The translations under genes and the position numbers were made by a program. The notes beneath the pieces were generated by a model. The model worked only from the letters and a program-made list of their open reading frames with translations, made no database searches and was not told where the DNA came from. Below, piece after piece: positions 1 to 14,298 of a DNA stretch of 64,000 nucleotides. Position 1 is the stretch's first letter, and each line of letters opens with the position of its first letter. This DNA is from Blasia pusilla. Lineage: Eukaryota. The stretch is from NCBI GenBank assembly GCA_050084515.1, contig CM114271.1:31620001-31684000 (forward strand), written 5' to 3'.

Positions 1-149
1 ATCAAGAGGGAATTCTCCAATAAAATAAAAAATAAATAAGTAAATCCACGTTGGAAGAAAAGATATCCACATATCCATCACTATGCTAACCCTAAACACT
101 CACAAAAGGAGTGTCATCTCAAAAAAAATCTCATACTATATTCAATCAC

Positions 150-1640
150 AAAGTATAAATGGAAACTGGAGTAATGAATGCTTACTTCTGAAAATGCTTA
201 ATATGGAGCCTTGTACTCATCCTTGGTGGAAGATATATCCATTATAGTTTGTTTCTTGTTGACCTAAGATTGAAAAAACTCGCGATCTAACAAAAAAACC
301 ATAGCTATAAATAGATCTTTTGGAATCATAATCTTATGCCTAGCGTGAGCCACAATAACTTATCATACTAAGCCTTGCTCTAGTCGACATAAACTATCTT
401 AGATATCTTTCTACACACAAATCATTACTCTGCAACGGTCTCACAAGACTTAGTTGACTACTACTCAAGACACCAACTACTAAGAATACATACTAATCTC
501 TTGTATATATTTTATCAATTGATGGTAAGATATCTTCAATTGAGAGTTTCATATCCACTCCATTGGCGAGACCATTTCCCTATATACAATCATCCTAAAT
601 ACAATTATGTTGTGTCCAATATAGAAGTATTTCTATTGAGAAAGAAAGATGTATCTTGGTCATTGCCAATTCTTAAGGCCTATGAAACAATGTAAGAGAC
701 CTGAATTTATCATCTTAAATTTATATTTCAACACCTTACTCTTTCCCTTAGTTTCTTGTCATGTTCTCCAGTAATGATGAGATCATCCATATGAAGAAAA
801 ATCAACATGTACATGTTGTCTTTGTAAAACACATAAAAAAAATTATTTTGAAAAATTTATTGTGAGTCCATTTTCTTTTAAGGATGTATCTATTTGACAA
901 GGTTGCACAGAAACGGACAAGTCCATCTGTGGGACGGATATGCCCAACAAGTTCCCGCTCACACCTTAGCTTGCTGAGCCTGTAATATAGATCCAGGCTG
1001 GCCGAGCCCGTACCCATTTTGTAGCTTGTATGAAGCCTACGTGCGGTTCGCATGAGGGCTGGCCCCCTTTGGACGGGCTTAGGCCTACGTAGGTCCCATG
1101 GTTGAGCTTGCATAGGGCCTTGAGCTAGCATTGTGCAAGCCCAAGGCCTGCCCTGCAAGCCTACTATGGGCCGTCCGCACATCAAAAAATGGGTGTGGAC
1201 TCGGCCTGCTCGTGTCTATATTACGGGCTCGACATGCTCAAGGGCGGGCTCGTGTGGGGGCCACAATTACCTAGGCACCCACACACATGTCTGTCTTAGG
1301 GATTGATATAAGTTTGTGTGCAACCTTGCTATTTGGTGGTACCATACCTTTAGGGATTGCTTCAGCTTATATAATATTAATTGAAGAAATAAAAGCTTTG
1401 ACGTGGTTGTCTTGAGACTTGGTGTTTTTCATATATATATATATACATACATACACACCTTTTCCTCCAAGCTGATGCTCCAATTCAATAATAATGATTT
1501 CATACTATAATGGCTGATATCCTGCCTTCAACCACATCTAGAACAATTCAAATAATGGCCATCTTTCTTGTATAGGCAAAGATCTGATGGTAGTCAAATT
1601 CTTCAATCTTTGAATAACCACGTGCAATCAATAATATTGC
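150..1640 (-). mobile_element. Degenerate Ty1/copia RT-RNase H remnant, interrupted by a hAT MITE
   Basis: Minus-strand translations give decayed copia motifs: LYKLKQSLKVWY (~1335-1375, cf. LYGLKQAPRAWY), HMDDLIITG (~765-793, cf. YVDDLIITG) and SSTKDEYKA (~207-236, cf. SSTEAEY). No open frame; boundaries approximate. Confidence 0.65.
898..1328. mobile_element. Non-autonomous hAT element (MITE), 431 bp
   Basis: 17-bp TIRs CAAGGTTGCACAGAAAC / GTTTGTGTGCAACCTTG (1 mismatch); 8-bp flanks CTATTTGA / CTATTTGG (7/8 TSD); GC-rich interior in AT-rich context. Confidence 0.9.
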
Positions 1641-1664
1641 TTTAAGTTTATTCCATGTACCAAC

Positions 1665-2514
1665 TAGGGATGAGAGGTCCATACTCATTATTTTGTGAGC
1701 ATTTTTTCCCACAATCATAACTAGTTATTATTCGAGTTTGTACGAGTCATTTGTGACTCAACTTTAGTTCATGATTGTCCCGAACTTTGCGAGTCAATTT
1801 GAGTTGCAAAGTTTAGAACAAGTTGCAAGTTTCAAGATTTTCAAGTCCTACAAGTCGCAAAATATTTGCAACCACCTTGCATTCAGATTTGCAAGCGTGT
1901 CTGCCAAATTACTCATGAAGTGCAAGTAGTGGGCAATGCAATTTACAACTTCCAAGAGACATAATTGACTTGCAAAGCTCTCACGACGCAAGAATGTAGG
2001 TATACTTGCAAGTCAATTATATAGCATTTGCAAACAAGAAACCTCAACTATAAATTCCCTTTTGCCTTCAAACTACTCAATTTTTGCTATTCCTTCTAAG
2101 ACTCCTCCCTTTTCATGTTGTAACTAGTTAATTTTTATTTACAATGGAAGTAATTCTTGAGATTTTTTGAGTTCTTTTTTTTATATTGGAAGATATGTAG
2201 ATAAGTGAGGTTTATAGTATTACACTTAGTTCCAAAAAAATGTTTCATAACTATAAGAAATGACTGAGAAAAAAAAGAAAAGTAAAGGCATCCCAAAGAA
2301 GAATTTTGGAAAGAGCCAAATTCTTCACTTTTCATTATAGAACTAGCCATCTCCACCGCTAGTTTGGTTTTGATATTAAAAAATTATTTTCCTTTGTGAT
2401 GTAGTATTGTGGTCAACTATCATTTCTTGCTCCATCAAGTATTTGTTGAATTGTTTGTGATAAGAATTTTCCTCCTTTATTTTGTTAACGATTCCACATC
2501 TTACTTGTTATCTT

Positions 2515-2545
<31 letters not shown>

Positions 2546-4533
2546 ATTACTTCTAGCATACTTAAAATTTTCTAAAATCACCAGCACTATCCTAAAGAAA
2601 TACGCATTTATCTTCTTGCTATAATCCTAGAAAAATTTAAATAAAATAAGAGCTATCTAATACCACAATATCCATTTTCCCTTACAAATCTACATGAACT
2701 AGGTCTAGAGGAAACTTTCCCTTATTGATTGATTGTTGTGAAAACACTTATGGCTTGTTGATGTTGGTTCCCTATCATAAGAGTTTCATAAGTATTTGAA
2801 TTTTCATAAATTCATGGTAAATAATGACCATTCTGTTTTTTTTTTGCATCCGATATAATAAAGGTAGGGGATAACGTATTTCATGCCATCGCTTATTTTG
2901 GGCAAGATAAGTACTGACACTGTTTCTAAAAGTATATAACTTATAGAAGTTGTTGATGTTCCCATGATGAATGGCCTCTCTTAGGGTGATGTGGTGAAAA
3001 AGGGAGAAGTTATTAAGGTTGCTTTCAAGCAACCTTTGCATGCTCTCTTAAGAAATTTCTCCTCGAAATTTGAATGTTTGATTCCTTCATCTATTTTTTT
3101 ATGTAAATATAATATCATTATACTCTTTAAGTTTGAAGCGTATTCGAAGGTGAATGTTGTGGATATTGCTAGGTTATTCAATCTATATTGGAGGCAAAAT
3201 GCATATGCATCTATAAGTCAAATCTTCATTTTGACTTCAATATTCCCATGGATGTCATTTGATCTTGTAGATTCTTGATCATAATCCATATTTTTTCTAC
3301 TCTTCCACCTTGAATTTTTTTTTTCAAATATAAATGAATTATCTAGATTTGGAATAGGAGACTCATTCCTACTCCGATACTAATTCTTAAGGATGTTCCA
3401 TGCCTTAACAATAATGATTGTATGTTGAATAAGAATCTTAATAAATTGAAGTAATTAGATAAGACATTTAATTTAGCATCCATATTTTTCTAAACTATTG
3501 TTATTATAAGATCAGATCAATAGATAACAATGTAAGTATAGAGGTCATGTTAGCATATCGAATCTAATTGACCATTATGTTCGTAAGAAAACTTATAATC
3601 TTGAACTTACAAGGTGTATAATTACACCCATGTAATTTCTTTTCACCATCAAGAGGAAGTCTGGTAAGGTTTAGGCAAGAATACAAACTCGCGAAGATTT
3701 AACCATGTCATGCTATTTACCATACCTATAATTCTATCAAACTCACAAGAATTTAGCCAAGTCAAGTTATTCACCATAACTATAATTCTATCATCCAAAA
3801 ATTTGTTACGGCCCAACTTAAAATCCGTATTTTTTGGTTCCCTCTTAAGTGCATGGAGAATACAATATTTTTTGCTATCACCATAATGCTCCAAATGATC
3901 CATAATATGACGTGGAAAAAGGTTATTGGATGAATAGGATTATGTTCTCAACATATTCGTCTTAATGTATTGGGAATATTTATGTATAAGTCGTAATTCT
4001 TAATTCTTACACTCTTTCTAGTTGTGGGGATTCATATTGATTGGGTATGGGCCATCATTATGTATTTTCCGAATTATGTATTTTCATATTAATGGGCATG
4101 ATTCTTGTTTTGATTGGCCCTCATTTAATGCCAAATTTAATACCTCTGTATTGATTTGTTATGTATTGTAGCATTTCATTGTATATCATTTTATTTTTAT
4201 AATATTATTTTAATGTCCCCAATTTGCAATTAAACTCAAATCCAATTTTTATCAATAAGGAACCTGTAATTTACATTATCAACCCATAAGTTTGTATTGT
4301 GAATTAATTTGTATTACATTTACACCCCCTACATCCTTCATGTATCATTCATTTTGCATCTCAGTTTGGGAGGCTATCTTTGTGATTGCCTTTTGTGGAT
4401 GAAAATTTTAGCATATCTTTAATGACTTGTGAATTAAATTCATGTGATTAAATTTGTACAATTTGATCTGAAATTTGGGAATGGTATGAATTAAATTCAT
4501 ACCCAATTCGTACTATTTGCGTTTCATCCCTTA
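1665..4533 (-). mobile_element. Decayed Ac/Ds-like hAT element
   Basis: Ends TAGGGATGAGA ... TTTCATCCCTTA resemble the Ac-type TIR TAGGGATGAAA. Flanks GTACCAAC / GTACCCTC (6/8). Subterminal TTGCAAG-type repeats at ~1790-2030. The interior is only faintly transposase-like. Confidence 0.55.
2512..2545. repeat. (CTT)n microsatellite
   Basis: About 11 consecutive CTT units. Confidence 0.9.
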
Positions 4534-6704
4534 GTACCCTCTCCTCGTATATAAACATATAAGTCCTCTCCCTCCCTCCTATACAAATCTTCCTATACAA
4601 ACATATAAATCCCTTTCAAAAGTCTTTCGTATTCTTCCTTCATAGAAGGCATGCATAGCTAATGGTTTGTATTTCCATCCTCTCCCGGTGAGGCAATTTT
4701 TAAGTATCCATAACTAGTGTGCCCAAACTTCTCCTCCCGGCCTGATCTAACATACTTTATATAAAAACTTAAAGAACTACAAATGCGTCTTTCTCCCATC
4801 TTTCCAAAGGCCACATATTAGTTTAAAATTATAATATTAGATCAATATATATACAAATATGTGTCGTGTATACTATAATATTTTTCTCTTCGTGGGTTTA
4901 TAAAACTCACAAAATTGGTTTGGTCCATGTCTCTCTCCTTATCTATTATTTTTTTATATTGTGGGTCTATGGGTAGGAGACCACTTACATTTTCGTATTA
5001 TCGTCTTTTTAACAATACCCCACGTTTGGCTTGCTCCGACATCTTCATGTTTAGCCGAGAGTGGATTAGATACGTGGGTAAAAAAATATGCAAATGAGTT
5101 TGCGCGTGGAGGACATGGCACAAAACGCAAAATAGAGGCCCAGTGACCAGTCCTTCGATGCGAGACTCGGAAGTACGGTTAGGAACGAAAGAGACAAGAA
5201 GGGGGGAGCGCGGTAGACTCAAATTTGAGTCGAGCGATCGATGGAGAGCGCGAATCGTGCGAAGGATTGGATGCGATCGCGGCTGCAGGGGATCTCACAG
5301 AGAGGCGGGAAGGGAGTAGAGACACGAGAGTGAAGGGTGTTTCAGGGGGTTGTTTTTAAACCCGTTTTTTTCTCTTGTGGTCTTTCAATCGGGAGAGGGC
5401 AGTTGCGCGCATGCTGTGGGGCGGCGGTTCTCACATGGCGAGCTGCGGGAGGGCCCACTGCGAGGAGCAGCACCAATTGAAGTGGGGGACCGTTGCGTGG
5501 GACCATGCGATGGCAGACTGCTGCTGGTGCGGATAAACAAACTCCGCCGAATTGGCAGTAAAGGGCGGACCGAGCAAGCAAAGGTAGACTCCCACTGATG
5601 GTGGGGAGACAGAGTGAAGGTCCCCCAGCCATCCGAACAAACGAGGGAAAGAAGAATAGGTTGGCCAGTACAGTGGTCGGGTGGATGAATAGAAGCGATG
5701 GTCGGACACGGAGAGTACGAGAAGCCCAGTTAGATTGACGGATGACATGGATCGGCGGGATTCAGGGATAGGCCGACTAACATTGCACAGGGAAGTCCGA
5801 GCGAGTGGGAGGTAGATATCTGTCTTTGGCTTAGATGGTGGCAGGAGGAGGGACGCTTGAGCCTGGCTGTAACTATGACTTGCTTGACATGCGTTGCAAC
5901 GAGAGCGAGAGTATGGGAGGTCGTAGATATTGGATGGGGAAACGTCCTGTGGTTTGGGATATCAAACATGACCAAGGATCTGGTATTTGACTTGAAAGCT
6001 TGAAGGAATGCTGAAGGTTCGTGTCGACTACAGAGGGAGACGAAAGGTTCGACAATCAGGAAGAGGGCCACCTCAGAGCTTTGTGATAAGGGAAGGGACG
6101 AGCCCAGTTAAGCAGGTTGGCTGGAATGACTGCTCTGGATGGCGAGAGAGATTGTCTGAACTGAGGGGAAGAGGGCACACGCACGGTGATAGGTGCTGGG
6201 AGCTCTTGCTGCGGGGCTAGTGGGAGTGAGGAACTGTCTGTGCGTATGGCGAATGAAATGCAAGTGCTGCTTGTGCGTCATGACTCCGTTTGTTGAGAAT
6301 TCTTTCGTCGGGATCCTTGAGTTGCGTCTCACAGATCCTCCTCTGGCGCGCACGAGTTTGAAGCCGCCGGGCGAATCAGGCGTCAGTGTCGAGTCCGGAG
6401 GTTCTTTGGTATTCGGATGGATGGCGGCATTGCAATGTCGTTGAAGAAGGTTTCGGAGAGAGCCGGGGAACGCAACTGCACCTAAACCAAGGACATGACC
6501 TTTTGTCGTCCCATTCCCATGTCGGCCACGGATGCTGTTCTGATGGCCTCCTTGCATTTGGATACGAAGTTTGTGGGGAGAGGTCGCTGCACGAGTTTCC
6601 GGCAGTAGCTACGCGAGGGACCTGTCGGATCAGAGCCGGTATGCTGCAGGATTTAGCCGCTCGACTTGACACATTCAAAGGTAGAATTTATCGGAAGAGT
6701 GAGA

Positions 6705-9585
6705 ATGAGAGTCCAGCTGCAGTGTGGCACTCAAGGGATTGTGCAGTGGTTGTGGAGGTTATGGGCGCTCGTTTTGCTTCTGTTGAGCCTATTCTGTAGA
6801 GGAGAGTCCCTGTCGGAGGATGGACAATCTCTTCTGGACTTCAAGCGAGAGATCTCAGCGCCCAGGATCCTGGATGAAAGTTGGGTAGGTGAGAACGCTA
6901 CAACACCCTGCGGATGGCTAGGAGTTACCTGCTCCAACGTGACTGGGTCTGTCACGGAGCTGGCACTCAGGAGTTTGGGATTGCACGGCTACATTTCTCC
7001 CGCAATCTGTCGCTTGAGTAACCTTGAGGTTTTGGATCTGGGGAACAATAACTTCACTGGAGAAATTCCTCCGGAGCTTAGCAATTGCTCGAAGCTTCGA
7101 GTGCTGAATGTCGTCAACAATCAGTTGACTGGTAAAATCCCATCGTCCCTGGGATGGATATCCACCTTGGAGGAGCTCTACGTCAGTGGGAATCTACTCA
7201 ACGGTAGCCTTCCAAAAGCGCTCGCCAACTGCACCCGTCTTCGAGAAGTACATACTTACGACAACTCGCTTGTGGGCATGATACCGCCGGAGTACGGCAG
7301 CTTGATCTACCTGGAAGTCTTCAGAAGCGGAGGCAACAAACACTCTGGTTCCCTTCCGGGTTCCTTGGGCAACTGCACCAACTTGACTATCCTAGGAATG
7401 GCGTACAATCCCTTGACTGGTGTGCTTCCACCAGAATTGGGCAAACTTGTAAAGCTCCAGTCGATGGTCCTCATAGGCACACTTATGAGTGGGTCCATCC
7501 CACGAGAGTATGGCAATATGACTTCGCTTGTCACAATGGCTTTGTACAGCACCTACATCTCTGGATCCATACCTCCCGAGCTCGGCAAGCTCCAAAATGT
7601 GCAGTTCTTGTGGCTCTACCTCAACAACATCACGGGGACCATTCCACCGGAATTGGGCAATTGCACCTCCCTCCAAAGTCTTGATCTGTCCTACAATCAG
7701 CTCACCGGAAACATCCCCGCGGAGCTGGGGAATCTGCAGCTGCTGACCGTCATCAACGTCTTTGTTAATAAGTTGGAGGGCAGCATTCCTGCGGGGCTTT
7801 CCAATGGCGTTAGCATCACAACACTGGAGCTCTACGACAATCGGCTGAGTGGTCCTATTCCCCCCGAGCTCGGGAATCTCCCGAATCTGGCGGTGCTAGC
7901 TGCTTGGAAGAATCGTCTGTCAGGAGTGATCCCTTCGAGTCTTGGCAACTGTTCTGGCCTGAACATTTTGGACATTTCTTTAAATCGTCTGGAGGGGCAA
8001 ATACCTGCAGAGGTTTTCGGTCAAGGTAGTCTTCAGCGACTGTTTCTATTCTCGAACCAGTTGACGGGTCCCATTCCTCCTCAAATCAAGCTAGCGTTCA
8101 ATCTCACGAGGATCCGTCTAGCCAGGAACCAGCTTACTGGCAGCATTCCTCCGGAGCTCGCACAGCTCTCTAACCTCACCTATCTAGACCTCCAGTCTAA
8201 CAACCTCACGGGGTCCCTTCCACTCGGCTTTCTGCAAAGCAGATCACTACAGGCCCTCATCCTCGCTGACAACCTCCTCACCGGCGATTTGCCTCCTCAG
8301 CTGGGGAACGTGCCTTCGCTTATCGAGTTGGACCTCTCAGGAAATAGACTCACTGGTCCTATTCCTCTCGAAATTGGAAACCTCAAAAGGCTCATTAGTC
8401 TCAATCTCAGCCGCAACTATCTTACAGGAGGCATACCCCCAGATTTGAGCGCCTGCCAGTCGTTGAATGAGCTCGATCTTGGGGACAATCAGCTTGGGGG
8501 CCAAATCCCACCAGAGATGGGCAAGCTGACAAGTTTAGAAATCAGCCTCAACCTGAGTTGGAACAACTTCACTGGACCCATCCCATTCACGTTAGAAAAT
8601 CTTACCAAGCTTTCCAAGTTGGACCTCTCACACAACACCCTCTCTGGGTCAATCCTGCAGCTCGACAGCCTTGTTAGTCTCACTTTTGTAAATATCTCCA
8701 ACAATTTCTTCACCGGGCCATTGCCCGAGATCTTCTATCGCGCCCTGATGACTGTCTCCTACTACGGCAACCCCGGGCTTTGCGATGCAGATTTGGCCCT
8801 CGCCGCTTGCAGTGGTAAAGGTCCGGGTGGCTCGAGACCTAGGAGTCCCAAGGGAGATCTCACCTCCGGTCAGAAGGCAGCGATTTGGGTTACGCTGGCC
8901 CTGTTCTTTGTTTTGGCAGCATTGTTCGTGTTGCTAGGCATGTTGTGGTACGCAGGACGCTACGATAGAACTTGTCAACACTACGTGGACCCAGCGACGT
9001 CATCTCAATGGACTCTCATTCCTTTCCAGAAACTCGAGGTATCAATTGAAGAGATTCTCTTCAGCCTCAATGAAGCAAACGTTATAGGCCGCGGTGGATC
9101 TGGAACTGTATACAGAGCTTTTGTTGAAGGAGGTCAAGTCATAGCTGTAAAGAAACTGTGGATGCCTGGTAAGGGAGAAATGTCTTATGATGCTTTCTCA
9201 GCGGAGGTCGAGACGTTGGGGAAGATTCGGCATGGCAATATTCTTCGACTTCTCGGGAGCTGCTGCAACAAGGACACCAAACTACTGCTCTATGATTTCA
9301 TGCCCAACGGAAGCCTGGGAGAGCTTCTTCATGCCAGTGAAGTTAGCTTTCTGGATTGGGGCACCCGTTACAAGCTTGCAATAGGGGCTGCCCATGGCTT
9401 GGCCTACCTCCATCACGATTGTGTTCCTCAGATTCTTCACCGTGACGTGAAGTCTAACAATATCTTGGTCAGCTCCCGGTTCGAGGCTCATGTGGCGGAT
9501 TTCGGGTTGGCGAAACTTATCTACGCTGCTGAAGATCATCCTTCAATGTCTCGTATTGTCGGATCCTACGGATATATTGCTCCTG
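6705..9585 (+). CDS. LRR receptor-like kinase, subfamily XI (RGI/RGFR-like), exon 1
   Basis: ATG at 6705; hydrophobic signal peptide; LRRNT (CGWLGVTC); >20 plant LRRs (LxxLxLxxNxLxGxIP); GNPGLC cap; TM helix; kinase motifs GRGGSG, VKKL, HRDVKSNN, DFG, GSYGYIAP. GT donor at 9586 is the usual LRR-XI intron position. Confidence 0.95.
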
Positions 9586-10254
9586 GTAACCTTCCCACTC
9601 ACTTCTTGAGTTTAGCTCGTGTATCTTTCTTTGTTAGGCCTGATGAGTCTGCCATGACACGGGAGTTACGCAGGCAAATATAATGGCACTGCTCACTTCC
9701 ATGTACTGAAAGTCCAGTGTCTTCTGTCCCGTGCGGTGTAAAGTCTGACGTTCCTTCCCAGCGAAATAGGAGCGAAGGATAGTACCCAAGTGGCCTGGAG
9801 GTGGCACTAGTGTGTAGCTCTCCCGATTGCCCTCCATGCCCTCTACGAGAGACATGGAGACATGGTGCAGGACTAGGATGGCACGTTTTGGCCAGAATTC
9901 CTTACAGCGTGTGTGCCATTTGAGTTTCCCAACTGGCGTCCAGGGCACTCCAAGTTTCCTAAGCTGCCTAGAAGGCTGCTTTAATCTCGCGATGTCAATT
10001 TCATGTCTATCTCTTGTAGACTTTCTGCTGTGCGTGGCTGATGCCAGTTGAAGCCAGAGTTAAGGTTTTGGGTTCAATCCTCTGAATTTGTTGGATAATG
10101 TGCTGTCCTGGTGGAAGGTGACATCTATTAGGTTCTCAGGACTTTGAGGTGCCCCCGTCAATTTGTTCTTACGATTAGCAGTCTCTGAGTGCTGTAGATA
10201 CTTGCTGGATTTTTAGGAGATTGTTTTACAGATGGTTGATTGGGCTGCCTGCAG

Positions 10255-10682
10255 AGTACGCGTACACAATGAAGATAACGGAGAAGAGTGACGTTTACAG
10301 CTTCGGAGTGGTCTTGCTGGAGATCGTCACCGGTCGGAAACCAGTTGATCCAAGCTTCACCGATGCGGTAGATCTAGTGGGTTGGGTGCAACAACAGGTG
10401 AAATTTGGCCATTGTGATCGCCGCATTTGTGATCGTCGACTGGAGGGTCTGCCTGAATCTCTGTTATGTGAGATGGAGGAAATGCTAGGTATCGCACTGC
10501 TATGTGTCAGTCCTGGGCCGAATGAAAGACCGACCATGAGAGAGGTAGTGGGTATGCTCGAGGCTATCCAGCAAGATACAGGAAGCTGGATGAAGTGCAA
10601 GTCGTTGAATGATGCATGCTCCAAGCAGCCTATTCTTTCTATATCCCCAGATTCGGATGACTCCTCTTGGTCGAGAACTTAA
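10255..10682 (+). CDS. LRR receptor-like kinase, exon 2
   Basis: CAG acceptor ends at 10254. The phase-1 splice restores [30 protein letters not shown]...RPTMREVV. Stop TAA ends at 10682. Confidence 0.95.
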
Positions 10683-13600
10683 GCAGTCCTGGACCTTTGG
10701 TTCACTGGGGTTCGACAATTCTGAGTTCTCAATGCCGTCGATGCTTTTGTACACGGTAGGTTAGACCGGGGCAAGGGGATTGTGTTAGGGGGGAGGAGGG
10801 AAGGTAAGTAAGCAAAGAGCGGCAGTTGCTGTAGCAAATTTTGGAAAAAAGGTCAATGTTATTTGTCCTAGTCGTGATTGTAGCTTCTGAAAAAGAGGGC
10901 CCAATTTTAGCATAGACTTCACCGCTGCTCAAGGTTTCCAGTCGATGACCATCTCTACAGTCACTCCAAATTTAGACGCGGCGTCTGGCTCCAGTGCAAG
11001 CGGTGGAGGAGTGAGTTGATATTCATTATTCTTGGCGGCTTAGTATGTAGATCAAATTCTCTGTACATAAACAGTGTCCTCATCTTTGGACGTCTCAAGG
11101 GCAGTGTGGCAGTTCTGAAGATCGGTATAAAGGTCACCTTGCGGTGTCGACTTTTCTTGGAACTCAGGCAATGACTAGCCCCAGTGCAGACCAAAATGTC
11201 ATCAAACTCCGTCATCGTGCCTTCGTTAAGGTCGTCTGTATGACATCGTCTAAACTTTCGATTTTTTGATGTGGAGAATCTTTCGAGAGGTCACAAGCTT
11301 GCCAAAACATGGAAACAAACATCCACCACTTCCACTCAGGGAGCGAAAGCAAAGCTAGCCCGGCATGAGATGTGATGTAAAGATGAATGATCGAAGAATC
11401 AACCCATGGATTCATTGATTTAAGAATGTAGTCTAAACAGGCTGAAAGTTGCGGACGAACATGTCGTTCAGGTTGCGTACACATCCAAGCGCACTCGTCT
11501 ATCTGGATTTCAATACACATGAAATTCTTTTGTTACACGTAATACACGCGACGAAATTTTAGATCTTTAATTTTCTATGTATTCGTATAATCAGTACATC
11601 GATCTTCGTGGACATTTTCTGTACACTTCAGTAGAAGTGGTCTTCAATAAGCCCCAAGAGGCTCAATGATCACTCCCCGGTCGACTGGTTTGTAAGAGAA
11701 CCAGACTGCGAAACTTGATGAGACTGTGGACGCTTCAATGATGCTTGAAAGCTGAGGCAAAGAAAATACTGATACGAATCCATGGCCGACTTCGGAAACA
11801 AACTGAAACTGTGGGGAGCCAAGTGATATTGTATGTGGATAATGAGTGGATTGTCTTTAGTGGTATCGGTGGTTCCTTCCAGGATTCAACAGAAATAAAT
11901 AGAGAATCCGTGTGTACATCTGGTTTGGAAAAGTGATGCAACTCGATAGGACCCCTGTGGTTGATGTGGCGTGTCTAAATGACCACTCTGGAAAGGACCT
12001 GCGTTCTCTTGTACTTTGTACCCCCACACTGCAGCACTTTGGTTGGTTTGGTAACCTCCAGAGGATGGATGAAATGCTTTAGTTCTCCGTACAAATATGC
12101 TCATGACATCCTCGTGGAAGGCTTGGGCGCGCTGGAATCTAGATGTGACGGTCATACGGTCGATAGGCAACCAGGCCATCATAGGGAATGTACATCTTGG
12201 GAATATACTTTGAGCAGTACCATACCGACAGCTTCCTCTACTGCAGATCTTCTGAACTTCTGAAGAGTCCAACAAACCCCTAATTCCATTCGCTGGGTCT
12301 TGTAAGTCGAGAGGCACGAAGCTCACCGAATGACTTTTAACATGTTTGTTTAGAATTAGGAGCCCTGCAGGTGGAAAGTCTTATGAGCTAACTACTAGAG
12401 ATTCGCCAGGGAAGTTGGTCTCACATGTGAAGTACGATAGCTGTTCCTTTTAGTGGCCATGTGGCTGGGATGCGCTGACATCAGACTGCCCAGCTATGAA
12501 AGTTACATAGCCTGATCTTGTAATCTAATTTTTTGAAGATGGTTTGAGTAAACGACAGTTGGTCCAACTAAGATGCTGATGCGCTTTACTCATGATATCT
12601 CGAGGGTTTGGAAGCACACCCAAGGTATATAGGAATGAAAAGGTCATCGGCACACCTCATAGTAATTACTTAACCTAAACCCAACTTGGCACATCCAACA
12701 GAATTCAACTAAACCAAAAGGTCACATGGGAGAAACAAACCTCCGTCCCTCCCAAGACAATGGGATCCCTCCTCCTCTCGGTTGAGTCCATGGCATGGAC
12801 AAAAAGTATTAGTCTAGATACATATTTTTTCTCACATAATGTATTAGTATCGAACATAGTATGGACTCCTTTCATCTAGGAAAATACGAGGAAAACACGA
12901 GCATAAGAAGATTTTTGTTATGAGAGTATGTCCGTACGTAGAGGGCAATAACTACTCAATCAATGAGGTCACATTATTCTTGTCGATTGTTATCATGGAA
13001 GGAGACCATATCATGGTTGCGCGACTATTCACAATCTCAACCTTTAGTCTTACTACTTCGATGTTCGAGCATCCCACGATTTAAGAAATTATTTGATGAA
13101 TTTTAAAAGGAGGGTATATTAAAAAATAAGAAAATTTGACTTCAAAAAGATCTCTTTATGGGTGTATAATCTCCTTCTTCACTTGAATGTGCATGGCTTC
13201 TTCACTATAATGCCGATCTAACTCCCATGGCCCATTCTATATATGTATAAGTGCCAAAAAATATAGGCAAATAAATTTCAGTTTTTTTAAAAAATTTGAC
13301 TTAAAAAATTAATTATACTCATCACAAAAGTTAGATTGATAAAGAGCATATTCAAATATAGATAGATTAAAAGGTAGTTCAAAGTCAAATGTAATCCATG
13401 GGATACATGGAAAGAGTCACGACATGATATAGTCTTATTTTGGGCATGATAAGTATTCATAATTCACTCTTTTTTGGTGTCAAAGAGGAATTCCATGTTC
13501 CCGATTTACGAGGCAAGTATAATGAATGACCATTGTGCTTGTCTTGTATGTACCTTGAGTGACATACGTAATACACAAATTTCTAATTAGCTATTAAAAC

Positions 13601-14008
13601 CAAATTTGGGATAAAGGACAAAGTGAAGATAAGGAGGGATACAAATATGAGAAGAAACTGCTCCCACTTATAGTTGCAAGCTCATCTTCCAAAAGTGGAA
13701 ATCTTGTCAAACATGTGGCGAACTATCTTCTCTCCTCTACTCCAACGGTGTCTTCTTAGGAAGGATTGAGTCATCGAAAGTTCCTACAGGCTACTTTGGT
13801 GAGTTGAGAAAATATGTGGTGAAGAGAAGATTAGGCACACACTTACCCTAGGCATGCCTTTATCCAACATAATTTTCCAGTTTTCATTCATGGTTTCATG
13901 ACCAAAGAGACGAGGACCACAATTATGAGGATCATTTCATAGAAAGTTTGGGACACACCACAATATATAGCCAACTTCAGGAAGACATGGTTACAAAGAT
14001 TTTCTAAC

Positions 14009-14117
14009 CTTGTGTCTACCAGAGATCCATTTCCCTCAAGCTTTTTTTGATGTGATGATCCACCTATTGCTTCATGTTGTGGATGAGTTAGATCTTTGTG
14101 GGCTAATTATACAAGGT
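14009..14117 (+). mobile_element. CACTA (En/Spm) transposase remnant, DUF4218-like motif
   Basis: Translates LCLPEIHFPQAFFDVMIHLLLHVVDELDLCG, matching the conserved TnpD block FPPSFFDIMVHLLVHLVEEA..GGP. The remnant probably extends upstream to ~13400. Confidence 0.7.
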
Positions 14118-14298
14118 TCAACGGACCTCATGACTAGTCCTATTGCAGCATCTTGCCTTCTCTAGCTAGCCGTGCCTTGTGCCCTTGCACGACTTCGTAC
14201 CTTGGGAGGTCCTTTATTGGCAACATGAGTTAGCCTATTGCTCACTCTCCTTAGACCCTTACTATCTCTTGTAAGCAAAGTTGCATGCCGGGCGGCAT

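Noticed and set aside
6666-6704. ORF-track start of the RLK at 6666 and its end at 9683
   Set aside because: 6666 is a TTG; the first in-frame ATG is 6705. 9586-9683 is read-through into the intron.
5342-6799. Overlapping short ORFs upstream of the RLK
   Set aside because: No recognisable domains. Most consistent with a long purine-rich leader or promoter; uORF function cannot be supported from sequence alone.
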